In this document: positions 22,613-35,413 of the stretch, piece after piece
Layout: each line of letters starts with the position of its first letter
Numbering within the stretch: the first letter of the stretch is position 1
Source: Mobula hypostoma
Lineage: Eukaryota
NCBI RefSeq assembly: GCF_963921235.1
Contig: NC_086108.1
Location: 16,678,001 to 16,742,000 of the forward strand
Direction: 5' to 3'
DNA: 64,000 nucleotides
Position numbers and translations under genes: made by a program
Notes under the pieces: generated by a model
The model's input: only the letters and a program-made list of their open reading frames with translations
What the model was told of the DNA's origin: nothing
The model's database searches: none

Positions 22613-25608
22613 GATGTCACTTGAAGTTTTAGTATACTATTGTATCGTATGTAAACAAAAGTCAAATACAGATGTTTAGGTATTATTAGGAATAATATCC
22701 AACAGTCTAGAAAATCTGTGTGGTACCAAGAAAGTTCTGAGGTATACGGTTTCTCCACTTACTCCAATCTCAACACAGGATTAAAAAAGGGCCTTAAGTA
22801 GCAAAATTATTGTTTTTGCAAAAACACAGCTTGCTAAACATTTTTTCTGAAACTCTCCTGTTTGGAGAGTTAGTACTGATAAATTCAGTTTTGCAATCGG
22901 CCTTAAGATAATTAAGTCATAAAAACACATCAACCTTTCAATACTTGATCACTGTACCGATTACAACTCATTTTAACTGCCAAAGTGAAAAGAACAAGAA
23001 ACACACTCTGTATGTTGGGCTGATCATCAGCCTAAAGGAAGTTGTCTCCCTTTAAGTATACTGGAGTTGATGAGACTTTGTAATTTTCACCTAGCAACAG
23101 GAGTGTTTAAGGGATAATCTTACAAAGGCTAATCATAATATCATGTAACATTAACTTGTGTTGCTACGACAAAGAATTCTGATCAAATGGTAAAAAAACA
23201 ACTTTAGAATTGCCCTAAATGCACAGGATAACCGACATTTAGAATAATTCCCTTCAAAAACGTAGTAATACGTCCCGGATTTTGAATAACTATTAGCTGC
23301 TACTGTGAAGCCACAAGCAGAATGCACATGAAGGTGAGTGTCTTAATAAGAGCTAATGTATCTTTTCAATCTGTAAAGATCTTTTCATCTCACTGTCTAT
23401 AACAACACAGTTGGTGGCCTTTTCCAAGAAAATTAAGCATGGCTTCTCGATTAACAGCTAAACTTTCCTTTTTAAGAGCAGATAGCAATATTTTTTCATG
23501 TAGTTTGAATTTAATCATTACATTTTTTTGCTGTATTGACTTTGTATGACTACTTGAATTAATAGATATCTTATGCCTCATTAGCTAGTTTATAAACACT
23601 GCTCTCCTTATTACCATCAACAATGACTCTCTATAACTGAGTACAAGACCAAGAACCAGAGTGACTTAAAGTGATGTGCCACACAGTAAGTGCTCAGCAT
23701 CTTCAACTTCACCAAATATAACAATGTAAGACACACATTCTTCCATCTTATCACTGACTGGGTGTGCACCACATAATGTGAGCATTGTCTTCTGTTCATT
23801 TTGTTAGAATCTTTTACTAACTTACAGTATGTACAGATCTCATATATGATGCATAAATAATCAACTTTAATACTTTCAGGGCTTAGTGATAGCTTATTTT
23901 GTGATTAGATGAAGATAGCAGAGCAAAATTATGATACCCCCTCCCCTAAATCCCCACCCCACCAATTAATTTTTGGTGGCCTGTTGGATCTTGCACAGCA
24001 CAAAATCAAGCCTAAACCAGTATTAATGTTAGATTCACAGAATTGCCTAATTTACCTCATCATGGCATTGCACCTTATCATCTGCCTACACTGCACTTTC
24101 TCTTTAACTGTAACAATTTATTTTGCATTCTATTACTGGTTTTCCCTTGTACTACCTCAAGGTACTGAATGACAAAATGATTTGGATGGTTGACAGGCAA
24201 AACAAAATTTTTCACTCTTCATCAGTACGTGTGACAGTAAACTAATTCACTGCTTTTCCAAGTCACAGCTCACAGGTTTGCAATTTCAAACAGGAACCTG
24301 AACCAACCATCCTTGCTCTAGTCCTGTGATCCTAATGCAAATGGCCGCTTCACGCCACCAGTCGCACCAACTGCCATTTTACCTCCACAACTGCTTCAGC
24401 AGCTGATCTAATTATTGACAAGCCATGGACTTGGGATATTTTATATGACTTGGGTTCTACCATTCATTTGCACTCATGACTGACCTTACTCTTCTGAAGT
24501 ATGCTCAGAATTGCCTCTGTGACCTTTCTAGCAGCAACTTCCAAAAACTGCTGGGAGAAACACGGGGTCACAAGGCATTATGTTGCATTGCAATGGTCTC
24601 CCTCACAGTAATGTGATCAAGCCACAACTGCCTTCCTCACAGTAAAATTATCAAGTTGGGGAGACACAAAAAGAAAAAAAATAACTTATTGGCTGACTAA
24701 ATGCCTCTGACAGTCAGAGTTCCCAAGGACCATCGAAGTATTTGGCATTTGCTTTGGAGACATGGAGAAAAATCACTTATTTATCATTTAAAAACTCAAT
24801 AAAATAGAAGATCAGAATCATTAAAAGACTTCTTTAAAATTCCTTACAAAAATACTTAATTTTTTTTACACCATATTTACAAGGAGATTAGATGTTTTAA
24901 AGCAGGAAGAATAATTTTATACCTGGAACCTGATGAAAGTAAGTGGTGAAGAAATGTGAAACGTAATTAGGGAACACCTTGCCCATTTGTTCACAGTTCA
25001 AGTTGAACCCTTTGAAAAATCCTGAAATCTGGTGCCTGATGAAATGCCACCAAGTTCCACATTTCATAGACATGTAAACATGGAATTATTATATAAATAA
25101 CAACAGTGATATCTGACATGTCCTTCAAATTCTGAAGTATTGTTACTTAATCCTCGGGTCTAGTTGGTGAATCAATGTAACATTATACATTACAGAATAT
25201 TCTTTTGATACATTACACTGCCTTTGTAAAAGGGTGGAGGAGAACAGTCACAACGGAAACCTGGGACTGACTCACTGTATTACCACAGCTGATTCAGTGA
25301 TGATGCTCAAATTATGACAAATCACAGAGAAAAGTCGAAACTTCCAAATTTGCTGGATTTATTCTATTTTTGTTCTTGTAATGATATTTTTAGTGAGTAG
25401 TTTCTGTAAATGGTACAAATACAAATATGATCAGGATAATAATCTACAGTTCACAATGACTAAATTGCCACCCTTTAATTGAACATGCTTAGGAATCACA
25501 ATCAGTGCAGAATGGAAGCACACAGCATTATCAATTCAATAAGGGCAGGCACAAAACCCGATCTATTTGAAAGCAGAAAGTAAGTGCATAAATTCTGTGG
25601 ATATTTAC

Positions 25609-25690
25609 CTATGATAACCAGAGCAGCAAGGAGTACAACGAATATTCCAAAGTACATTCCCACCCTGAATATGGTCCAGGCAGGGGCTGG
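25609..25690 (-). CDS. XPR1: XPR1 internal exon (first TM helix), 82 bp, phase 0/1 (not in ORF track)
   Basis: ttttctttttccAG|CCAGCC...ATCATAG|GTaaat; translates PAPAWTIFRVGMYFGIFVVLLAALVII plus 1 nt. Confidence 0.95.
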
Positions 25691-26238
25691 CTGGAAAAAG
25701 AAAAAATGAGGAAGGATAAGATCCTGATAAATCAGGGGAAAACACTGAAGAATAATACTACAATTTTTGTATATTCAATATTTATATTTTTATATATAAA
25801 ACTGAAAAATAATTTCAAGTATTCCAAACAGTGATAATTCACAAGTTTTTACTCCTTTCAGGAAGTCTGAGGCTTCCATAATTGATGCAATAAGAACTTA
25901 CCCAACAGGATAAATTATATACAGTACCTTTATGCTATACTTCTGGCAATCATGAGATACTTCAGATGACTGATTAAATGTATTCTATGAAATTCACTAT
26001 GAGACACACCATATGATTACATTACAAGTAGAAGCCCCCCACTACTCCAGACTGTATTCTGCAAGTGTCACAGAATCTTTTCCAAGGCACCCACATCGTT
26101 ATGAAGGAAAAAAAAATGCCTGGACCCTCATCCAGTATTTCACTTTCCACTATAGTATTCATGAGCATTCAAAGAGAATGTAGCTGCTGGAATAAGATGG
26201 AAAACTTAAGCAAGTGAACTGAGTACGGTTGCTCTAAG

Positions 26239-26318
26239 CAGGAGTTCCCAACTTGAGGTCCATGGACCCCTCAGTTAATAGTAAGGGTTCATGGTACAAA
26301 AAAGGTTGGGATCCCTTG
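26239..26318. mobile_element. 80-bp hAT (Charlie-type) MITE
   Basis: TIRs CAGGAGTTCCCAAC / GTTGGGATCCCTTG; flanks gctctaag / ctctagaa resemble the NTCTAGAN target. Confidence 0.7.
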
Positions 26319-26329
26319 CTCTAGAAACT

Positions 26330-26765
26330 GGTCACCAGTTCTGTATTTGGCTTCTTCTTTGTGAATACTGAATGCAATTCACTAGATTGGTAGAAGTGCA
26401 AATGAACCTGAACTTCTTGCTGCTTCCCTCTCTACTTCCCCATCCTATTCCAACTCTGATCCGTCTGTAGCTTCTTGCTTTGTTGTAATGAGATGCAAGG
26501 TGCTTGAGGAATGGCTTTCCAACTTCCACCTGGACATGTTGCAGACTTCCAGACTCAATATTTCTGATTCAGGTAAATCACATTCTGTTTACATCAGGAA
26601 CCCACTATCCTACCTTGTTTATCCCTATGGCAACCCTGGTCTCACCTAATCACAGATATTCCCAAGTGAATATGCTAAACCTTGCTTCAATTTTCACTGA
26701 TACTGCCTGATTTGCAAACAGTTTCTAGCATTTTCTGTTTTAATTTCTGATTCTGCACCTGCAGT
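26330..26765. mobile_element. Rearranged old Penelope-like remnant
   Basis: Minus FRFICTSTNLVNCIQYS resembles the GIY-YIG N-terminal FTCTSxNLVYCIxC motif; decayed pLTR on the plus strand at ~26690-26765. Confidence 0.5.
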
Positions 26766-27414
26766 TATTTAATCTTCAGTGGGAAAAAAACAGCTATTGG
26801 TTGAAAAGGTAAAATGTGAATTAAGTTTAGGCATTGCAAATCAACTTGTGAGTAGAGAAAGGACACATAGCACAACACTGCTTTCAAAATAATGGCTGTT
26901 GTTGCAAAATGGAAAACATTTTCTTGATCCAACTGATACCACTCACAAGCTTTGTAGTAGAAATGATGAACCTTCATTACATCTAGGGATGCTAAGGGTG
27001 CTCCAGGAGTGTTCACCGGATACAAAATACTTTAAGTTGAGTGTTAAATACATAGCTGTGACAGAGATGAAACAAGATACCGCATTTGCATTGCACTTGT
27101 TAAATGTGGCCACTGCAGCCAAAACTGCTATTTTGGGAGATCTGCTTATAAACACGATAGGTGTTCAGTGATGATCTAGCTTGGGGAGCTGGATTAGATA
27201 AAATGTTAGGCAGGCCACTAGGAGAACTCCCCCCCCCCCCCCCATAAATTCAGTTCTTTAAAATCTGTTGGTTTGACTTGTACTGTCATCCATCACCAAC
27301 TCGGAATGACTCCGTCTACTAATTCGGAGCAAGAAGGCTGCGAGTGAATGGCTGATTTTCGGAGTGAAGGCAGTTTTTACCACTCAGGGTAAAAGAGAGG
27401 CAAGACTGCGCAGG

Positions 27415-27468
27415 CACGTGACGTCAGCCAGTAGAGCGCGAAAGGTTTAAAAAAGAAGACCGCCATTT
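27415..27468 (+). promoter_or_regulatory. Putative CR1 internal promoter motifs: overlapping E-box/CRE and YY1-like site
   Basis: CACGTGACGTCA at 27415-27426 (CACGTG plus TGACGTCA); CGCCATTT at 27461. Motif presence only. Confidence 0.5.
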
Positions 27469-30077
27469 CCAGCGAGCAGTGTTTGGATCAGGCAGTGGAG
27501 TGACAGGCAGCAGAGTAATAGGACTTTGGCTCAACGGGCTTAGGCGGTAACGGGACAAGGCAAGGTAGGTTTACCTGTGTTATTTGTGGAAAGGAGGAAG
27601 TATGTGTGTGAGGCCAGTTTTCTGTGCTCGATGTCAGATGTGGGAGGTCCTGGAGTCTCCCAGCCTCCCGGACGGCCATATTTGCACCAGATGTGTCGAG
27701 CTGCAGCTCCTAAGGGAACTGAATATGCAAATTGATGACCTTCACCTGGTCAGGGAGAGCAAAGAGGTGATAGAAAGGAGTAACAGGCAGGTGGTCACAC
27801 TGGGGCCACGGGAGACAGCCAAGTGGGCCACAGTCAGGAGGGGGAAGGGGAAGAGTCGGAGTCAGGTACAAGAGAGTACCCCTGTGGTTGTACCCCTCGA
27901 CACTAAGTACTCCTGTTTGAGTACTGTTGGCGGGGGGGGGAGAGACAGCCTACCTGGGGGAAGTGACAGTGGCCGTGCCTCTGGCACAGAGTCTGGCCTT
28001 CTGGCTCAGAAGGGTAGGAAAGGGAAGAGGAAGGCATAGTGATAGGGCACTCTATAGTTAGGGGGTCAGACAGGCGATTCTGTGGACGCAGGAAAGAAAC
28101 TCGGATGGTAGTTTGCCTCCCAGGTGCCAGGGTCCAGGATGTTTCAGATCGCGTCCAAGATATCCTGCAGTGGGAGGGAGAACAGCCAGAGGTCGTGGTA
28201 CATATTGGTACCAATGACATAGGTAGGAAAAGGGAAGAGGTCCTGAAAAAAGACTACAGGGAGTTAGGAAGGAACTTGAGAAGCAGGACTGCATAGGTAG
28301 TAATCTCGGGATTACTGCCTGTGCCACAAGACAGTGAGAATAGGAATAGAATGTGGTAGAAGATAAATGCGTGGCTGAGGAATTGGAGTAGGGGGCAGGG
28401 ATTCAGATTTCTGGATCATTGGGACCTCTTTTGGGGCAGGTGTGACCAGTACAAAAAGGACAGGTTGCACTTGAATCCCAGGGGGACCAATATCCTGGCA
28501 GGGAGGGTTGCTAAGGCAACTGGGGAAAGTTTAAACTAGAATTGTTGGGGGGTGGGAACCAAACTGAAGAGACTGGGGAAGAGGGGGTTGGCTCACAAAT
28601 AGAGAAAGCTTGTACAGTGCAAGAGGGAGGATAGGCAGGTGATAGAGAAGGGACACGCTCAGACCAAAGGTTTGAGATGTGTCCATTTTAACGCAAGGAG
28701 TGTTGTGAACAAAGCGGATGAGCTTAGGGCGTGGATCAGGACTTGGAGATATGATGTGGTGGCCATTACAGAGACTTGGATGGCTCAGAGACAGGAATGG
28801 TTACTTCAAGGGCCGGGTTTTAGATGTTTCAGAAAGGACAGGGAGGGAGGCAAAAGAGATGGGGGCGTGACAATGTTGATAGTGTCACAGCTGCAGAAAA
28901 GGTGGACGCCATGGAGGGATTGTCTACGGAGTCTCTGTGGGTGGAGGTTAGGAACAGCAAGGGGTCAATAACTTTACTGGGTGTTTTTTATAGGCCGCCC
29001 AATAGTAACAGGGATATCAAGGAGCAGATAACCATATAACGATTACAGCACGGAAACAGGCCATCTCGGTCCTTCTCATCCGTGCCGAACACTTACTCTC
29101 TCCTAGTCCCACTGACCTGCACTCAGCCCGTAACCCTCCATTCCTTTCCTGTCCATATACCTATCCAATTTTTCTTTAAATGACAATATCGAACGTGCCT
29201 CAACCACTTACTGGAAGCTCGTTCCACACAGCCACCACTCTCTGAGTAAAGAAGTTCCCCCTTGTGTTACTTCTGCCCCCTAACTGTCAACTCATGTCCT
29301 CTTGTTTGAATCTCCCCTACTCTCAATGGAAAAAGCCTATCCATGTCAACTTTATCTATCCTCCTCATAATTTTAAATACCTCTATCAAGTCCCCCCTCA
29401 ACCTTCTACCCTCCAAAGAATAAAGACCTAACTTGTTCAACCTTTCTCTGTAACTCAGGTGCTGAAACCCAGGTAACATTCTAGTAAATCTTCTCTGTAC
29501 TCTCTCTTATTTTGTTGACATCTTTCCAATAATTCGGTGACCAGAACTGTACACAATACTCCAAATTTGGCCTTACCAATGCCTTGTACAATTTTAACAT
29601 TACATCCCAACTCCTATACTCAATTTTCTGACTTATAAAGGCCAGCATACCAAAAGCTTTCTTCACCACCCTATCCACATGAGATTCCACCTTCAGGGAA
29701 CTATGCACTATTATTCCTAGATCACTCTGTTCTTTCTTTTCTTTTTAAATCTTTTTATTGAATAAGTATACAAAAAGGTAAGCCATATAGACACTAATAC
29801 ACTGTTAAAATAAAATAAAATTACAGAAGATATTAATACAAAAAAAATACTATAAACAATGTAATTTAAACATAACATACCAAGGTAACATAATAGTATA
29901 CTAATTTTTATATATATATCAATAGAGAAAAGGAAACCCCCCCCCAAAAAAAACCCACCATGCAACTAACTAAAAGCAAAGCAAAGCAATGGGCTAACTT
30001 GAAACCAAACAGAGTTAAAAAACTTAAAATCACGTCCTCAATTAAAAACAGTAAAAAAAAAACAAGAAGGGTATATA

Positions 30078-33000
30078 TTACATTAAATGAAAATATTGAA
30101 TAAAAGATCTCCAAGTCTGTTCAAATTTAAATGAGGAGTCATAAAGATTGCTTCTAATTTTCTCCAAAGTCAAGCATAATATCGTCTGAGAAAACCAAAA
30201 AAAGGTAGTTGGAGCATTAAGCTCTTTCCAATGTTGTAAGATACATCTTTTCGCCATTAAAGTAAGAAACACAATCATTCTACGGGTTGAAGGGGAAAGA
30301 TTACTGGAAATTTTAGGTAGTCCAAAGATAGCAGTAATAGGGTGAGGAGAGATATCTATATTCAATACCTTGGAGATAATATTAAAAATGTCTCTCCAAA
30401 AAGTTTCCAGAGTAGGGCAAGACCAAAACATATGAGTTAAAGAGGCTATCTGCCCCAAACATCTATCACAAAAAGGATTAATATGAGAATAAAAGCACGC
30501 TAACTTATCTTTGGACATATGTGCTCTATGAACAACTTTAAATTGAATTAGGGAATGTTTAGCACAGATAGAGGAAGTATTGACTAATTGTAAAATCTGC
30601 CCCCAGTCATCCACGGAAATGATAAACCCCAATTCCTGTTCCCAATCTACCCTAATCTTATCAAATGGAGCTTTCCTAAGTTTCATAATAATATTATAAA
30701 TCATAGCCGATGCACCTTTCTGACATGGATTAAGGTTAATTATAGTATCTAAAATGTATGTAGGAGGAAGCATTGGAAAGGAAGAAAGTATAGTACTTAG
30801 GAAATTTCTAACTTGTAGATATCTAAAAATATGTATTCTTGATAAGTTATATTTATTAGATAATTGTTCAAAAGACATAAGGGAACCATCTAAAAATAAA
30901 TCCAAAAACCGTGAAATACCCTTAGTCTTCCAAATTTGAAAAGCACGATCCGTAAAAGAGGGAGGAAAAAATATGTTACCTAAAATAGGAATCGCTAACC
31001 CAAATTGATTAAGATCAAAAAATTTTCTGAATTGAAACCAAATACGTAAGGTATATTTAACTATCGGGTTAGACACCTGTTTAAGGCGTTTCAAATCAAA
31101 AGGAAGAGAGGAGCCCAAAATAGAGCCAAGTGTAAAACCCTGAACAGATTGCAATTCCAATGCTACCCATTTAGGAATGGATAGTATATCCTGGTCAAGT
31201 AACCACAATTTCATATGTCGAATATTAATTGCCCAATAATAAAATCTAAAGTTAGGTAATGCTAAGCCTCCATCTCTCTTAGCTTTCTGTAAATGTATTT
31301 TACCCAGTCTCGGGTTTTTATTCTGCCAAATAAATGAAGAAATTTTAGAGTCGACTTTGTCAAAAAAAGATTTTGGAACAAAGACTGGTAATGCCTGAAA
31401 TATATATAAAAATTTTGGCAAAAAAAACATCTTAACTGCATTAATACGACCAATCAAAGTTAAATATAAAGGAAACCATTCAGATGAAAGTTGAATAATA
31501 TGGTCTATTAATGGTAAAAAGTTAGTCTTAAATAAATCTTTGTATTTACAAGTAATTTTAATCCCAAGATATGAAAAATAATTATTAATCAATTTAAATG
31601 GAAATTTATAATATAAGGGAAGTTGTTTATTAATCGGAAAGAGTTCACTCTTACTAAGATTTAATTTATAACCTGAAAAAAGACCAAATTGTGCTAATAG
31701 CTCTAAAACAGCCGGGATGGATTTTTGGGGATTAGAAATATATAAAAGTAAATCATCAGCATAGAGTGATATGTTATGGGACTTTAAACCCCGAGTTATC
31801 CCAGTAATATTTGGAGATTCTTGAATGGAAATTGCAAGAGGTTCTAATGCAATATCAAATAATAAGGGACTAAGAGGACAACCTTGTCGAGTACCTCGAA
31901 AAAGAGGGAAAAAAGGTGAACTTAAAGAGTTAGTACTGACTGAGGCCACAGGAGAATGATATAACAGTTTAATCCAGGATATAAATTTTGAGCTAAAATT
32001 AAACATTTCAAGCACCTTAAATAAATAAGGCCATTCTACTCTATCAAAAGCTTTCTCAGCATCTAAAGAGATAACACACTCAGGAACATTTTGTGAGGGA
32101 GTATAAACAATATTTAACAGTGTGCGAATATTATAAAAAGAGTAACGACCTTTAATAAAACCCGTTTGGTCTTCCGAAATAATAGAAGGAAGTACTTTTT
32201 CTAATCTATTTGCTAATAACTTAGAAAAAACTTTAGAATCAACATTTAATAAAGATATTGGTCTATAAGATGCACATTGAGCAGGATCTTTATCCTTCTT
32301 TAATATTAGAAAAATTGACGCTCTATTAAAAGATTCAGGAAGTTTACCAAGTTTTAATGAAGCCTCAAAAACCCTACAGAATCAAGGGATTAATGAAGGA
32401 GCAAAACATTTATAAAATTCTACGGTAAACCCATCAGGGCCAGGAGCTTGCCCCAAATTCATAGAGAAAATAACATTCTTAATCTCATCCGTGGTAATGG
32501 GAGTACCTAACATAGAAGACATATCCTGTGAAATCTCGGAAGTCTAAATTATCTAAAAAATCATTCATATATTTAGAATCTCGAGGAGACTCTGATTGAT
32601 ATAAGGAAGAGTAAAAATCACAGAAGGTTTGATTAATCCCCACATGATCAAGTATCAGTCGATCATTTTGGTTATAAATCTGATTAATTTGAGATTTAGC
32701 ATAATTAGACTTCAGTTGATTAGCCAACAGTTTGCTAATTTTGTCACTGTGTACATAAAATTCACTTCTTGTTTTCTTTAATTGGTTTACAATCGAGGAC
32801 GAGAGTAATAAACTGTGTTCCATTTGAAGTTCAGTTCTTTGTTTATATAACTCCTCAGAAGGAGCGATAACATATTTCTTATCAATTTCCTTAATCTTGT
32901 CCACAATTACCAACTCCTCCTGCTTCAGCTTCTTCCTCAAAGCAGCAGAATACGAGATAATCTGACCACGAATATAAGCTTTAAAAGTGTCCCAAAGAAT

Positions 33001-33855
33001 GTTGACAGAAATATCCTCTGTATAGTTAATTGTTAAAAAAAAGATCAATCTGTTCATTCATAAAGTTAACAAAGTCCGAGTCCTGAAGCAACAGCGAATT
33101 AAAACGCCATTGTCTATTATTTTGTATATTGGCCAGAATTTTAATAGAAAGCTTAAGTGGAGCATGATCCGAAATGGTTATAGAGTCATAATCACATTTA
33201 ATCACTGAGGAAATAAGACGAGAATCAATAAAGAAATAATCAATTCTTGAATAGGAATGGTGAACATGTGAAAAAAAAGAAAAATCTTTTTCCTGAGGAT
33301 GCAAAAAACGCCAAATGTCCGTCAACCCAGAATCAGAAAGGAATGAATTAATCAAAGTTGCAGATTTATTAGGTAAGGTCCGTAGAGGAGCCGAATGGTC
33401 CAAAGCTGGAGACAAACAGGTATTAAGATCTCCGCCCCAGATCAATGAAAACTCATTCAAATTCGGAAACTGATTAAATAATGATTTATAAAATTCCGGA
33501 CAGTCCATATTAGGAGCATAAACATTAACCAAAACTACTTTTTTTTATTAAATAGTAAACCACTAACCAATAGAAATCTACCATTCGGATCAGAAATAAT
33601 ATCATGTTGTATAAAAGTAACTGAGGAGTCTATAAAAATAGAGACGCCTCGAATCTTAGCATTGGAGTTCGAATGAAACTGTTGACCCTTCCAGAATTTA
33701 AAAAAACGTAGTCTGTCCCCCCTCCGCACATGGGTCTCTTGTAAAAATAAAATTTGTGCTTTAAGTCTCTGGAACACTTTAAAAACTTTTTTCCTTTTAA
33801 TAGGATGATTAAGACCATTAGTATTCCAGGAGACAAAATTAATAATAGACTCCAT
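30078..33855 (-). pseudogene. L1 ORF2 (APE-RT-CCHC), three frameshifts and one stop
   Basis: SWNTNGL, FLQETH, NVYAPN, GGDLN, SRIDY, SDH; APGPDG, LDAEKAFD, RQGCPLSP, YADD; CDRC...HMFWSC. Frameshifts near 33540, 33040 and 32540; TGA near 32383. Confidence 0.93.
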
Positions 33856-34567
33856 AAACCCTAAAGTCAACCCGCAACAAGGAGGATTGACGATAGGCTC
33901 GACCCACGAACCCGGAAAGGGAACAGAACATACAAGAGATACCGGGAAGAAGAACGCAACCAATACTTCAATAATGTATATAGCCCAAGAAGAAAGAAAC
34001 TAAAACGTGAAGCCCCTCCCACCACCCCCCACCCCATGACCCCAAGGCTAAATCTAACGCAGACCAGCCCGAAAGAAGCAAGCACTAAAACTACCCCCAT
34101 GACTTCCGATATACGCTCCCTAAAAAAAGTGTAAATATAAAAAAGATCAGCTAATTATAAAACAGTAAAAGAATAAAAAAAAGATAACTCAATTAAAATA
34201 AACACATAACAGAATAAAAGCCAGAAAATATAAAAAAACCGCAATAAACCCCAGACCCATGAGTAAACAAAACAACAAAAAAAAGAGAGATTATTAACAT
34301 AAACTAGTTATAAAACCCTACAAAACAAAATAGATTTAAAAAAAACTACAAAATTTAAGGCCACAAAGGAAATACGTAAAATGACGATGAGGAAGTAACC
34401 ACCCAGAGTCCCCTGGGAAAAAGAAAGAAATGACGCAGTTAAAAAGAAAGTTTAGCAACCATATTAAATAATCAAAAATAAACTTTTCTGCCCAAATAGG
34501 GCAAAAAAAAAATTAAGACCGACAAATTCACAGCCTCCGATCAACGGAGCTAGTTAAAATATTACGA

Positions 34568-35413
34568 TTAAGATGTTGAAGGTGCAAATTGATCCAGATA
34601 ACTCTGGGCATCTGATGGAGATTCAAAAAAACAGAGGGCTCCATCCAACGTACGAATCCTTAAATGTGCAGGATAAAGCAGCGCTGGTTTTAAATCCATC
34701 TTGTAGAGTTCCGACATCACAGATCTATAACGAACCCGTTGATCCCGGATTGGTTTACTGAAATCCTCCACGAATCAGAACTTAAGATCCAGAAAATCAA
34801 TGTAACCTTTAGATCGAACGAAACGAAACAGTTTCTCCTTGTCTTGAAAGTAATGAAAACGTAAAATGACATGTCTAGGTTTATCTGACCTAGGCGAGTA
34901 TGATGGAACTCTGTGAACACGATCCAATAACGATGGTTGGTCAGAAAATACAGTAGGAAATGCATCTTTTAAAAGTTGAGAAAAATACTTCATAGGGTTA
35001 TCGGATTCAACAGCTTCACGCACCCCAAACATTTGAAGATTCTGCCGTCGCATTCTAGATTCTAAGTCAGAATTTTTAAAGGTCAGAAAGTCGAGTTTCT
35101 TCTTCATTACATTAATTGTTTCTTCGATTTTCTCCATCTTGAGCTCACTTTGTTGCGTGGATTTTTGAAGATCAGATATAGCCGACCGATGTTCCGTAAT
35201 AGATATCTGTATCTTCTCGATTGAATCGGCAACTTTCTGGAAACTAGTTGAAATTTCCGCACGAATCAGCTCCATAACAGAGGTTGAAATTTCCCTTTGA
35301 ATTAGCTCCGATATAGCTTTCAAAGTCACCGGTGGTTCAGTCGGAGGGAAATCAGTACCTTTCGGTCTAACCGGAGGTTTGCCATCCTTCCCGTTTTTTC
35401 CATTCTTAGACAT
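34568..35413 (-). pseudogene. L1 ORF1 (coiled coil-RRM-CTD), one in-frame stop at 34775-34777
   Basis: DLESRMRRQNLQMFGVRE, LDRVHRV, PRHVILRF, EDFS, LLYPAHLRI motifs. Confidence 0.9.
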
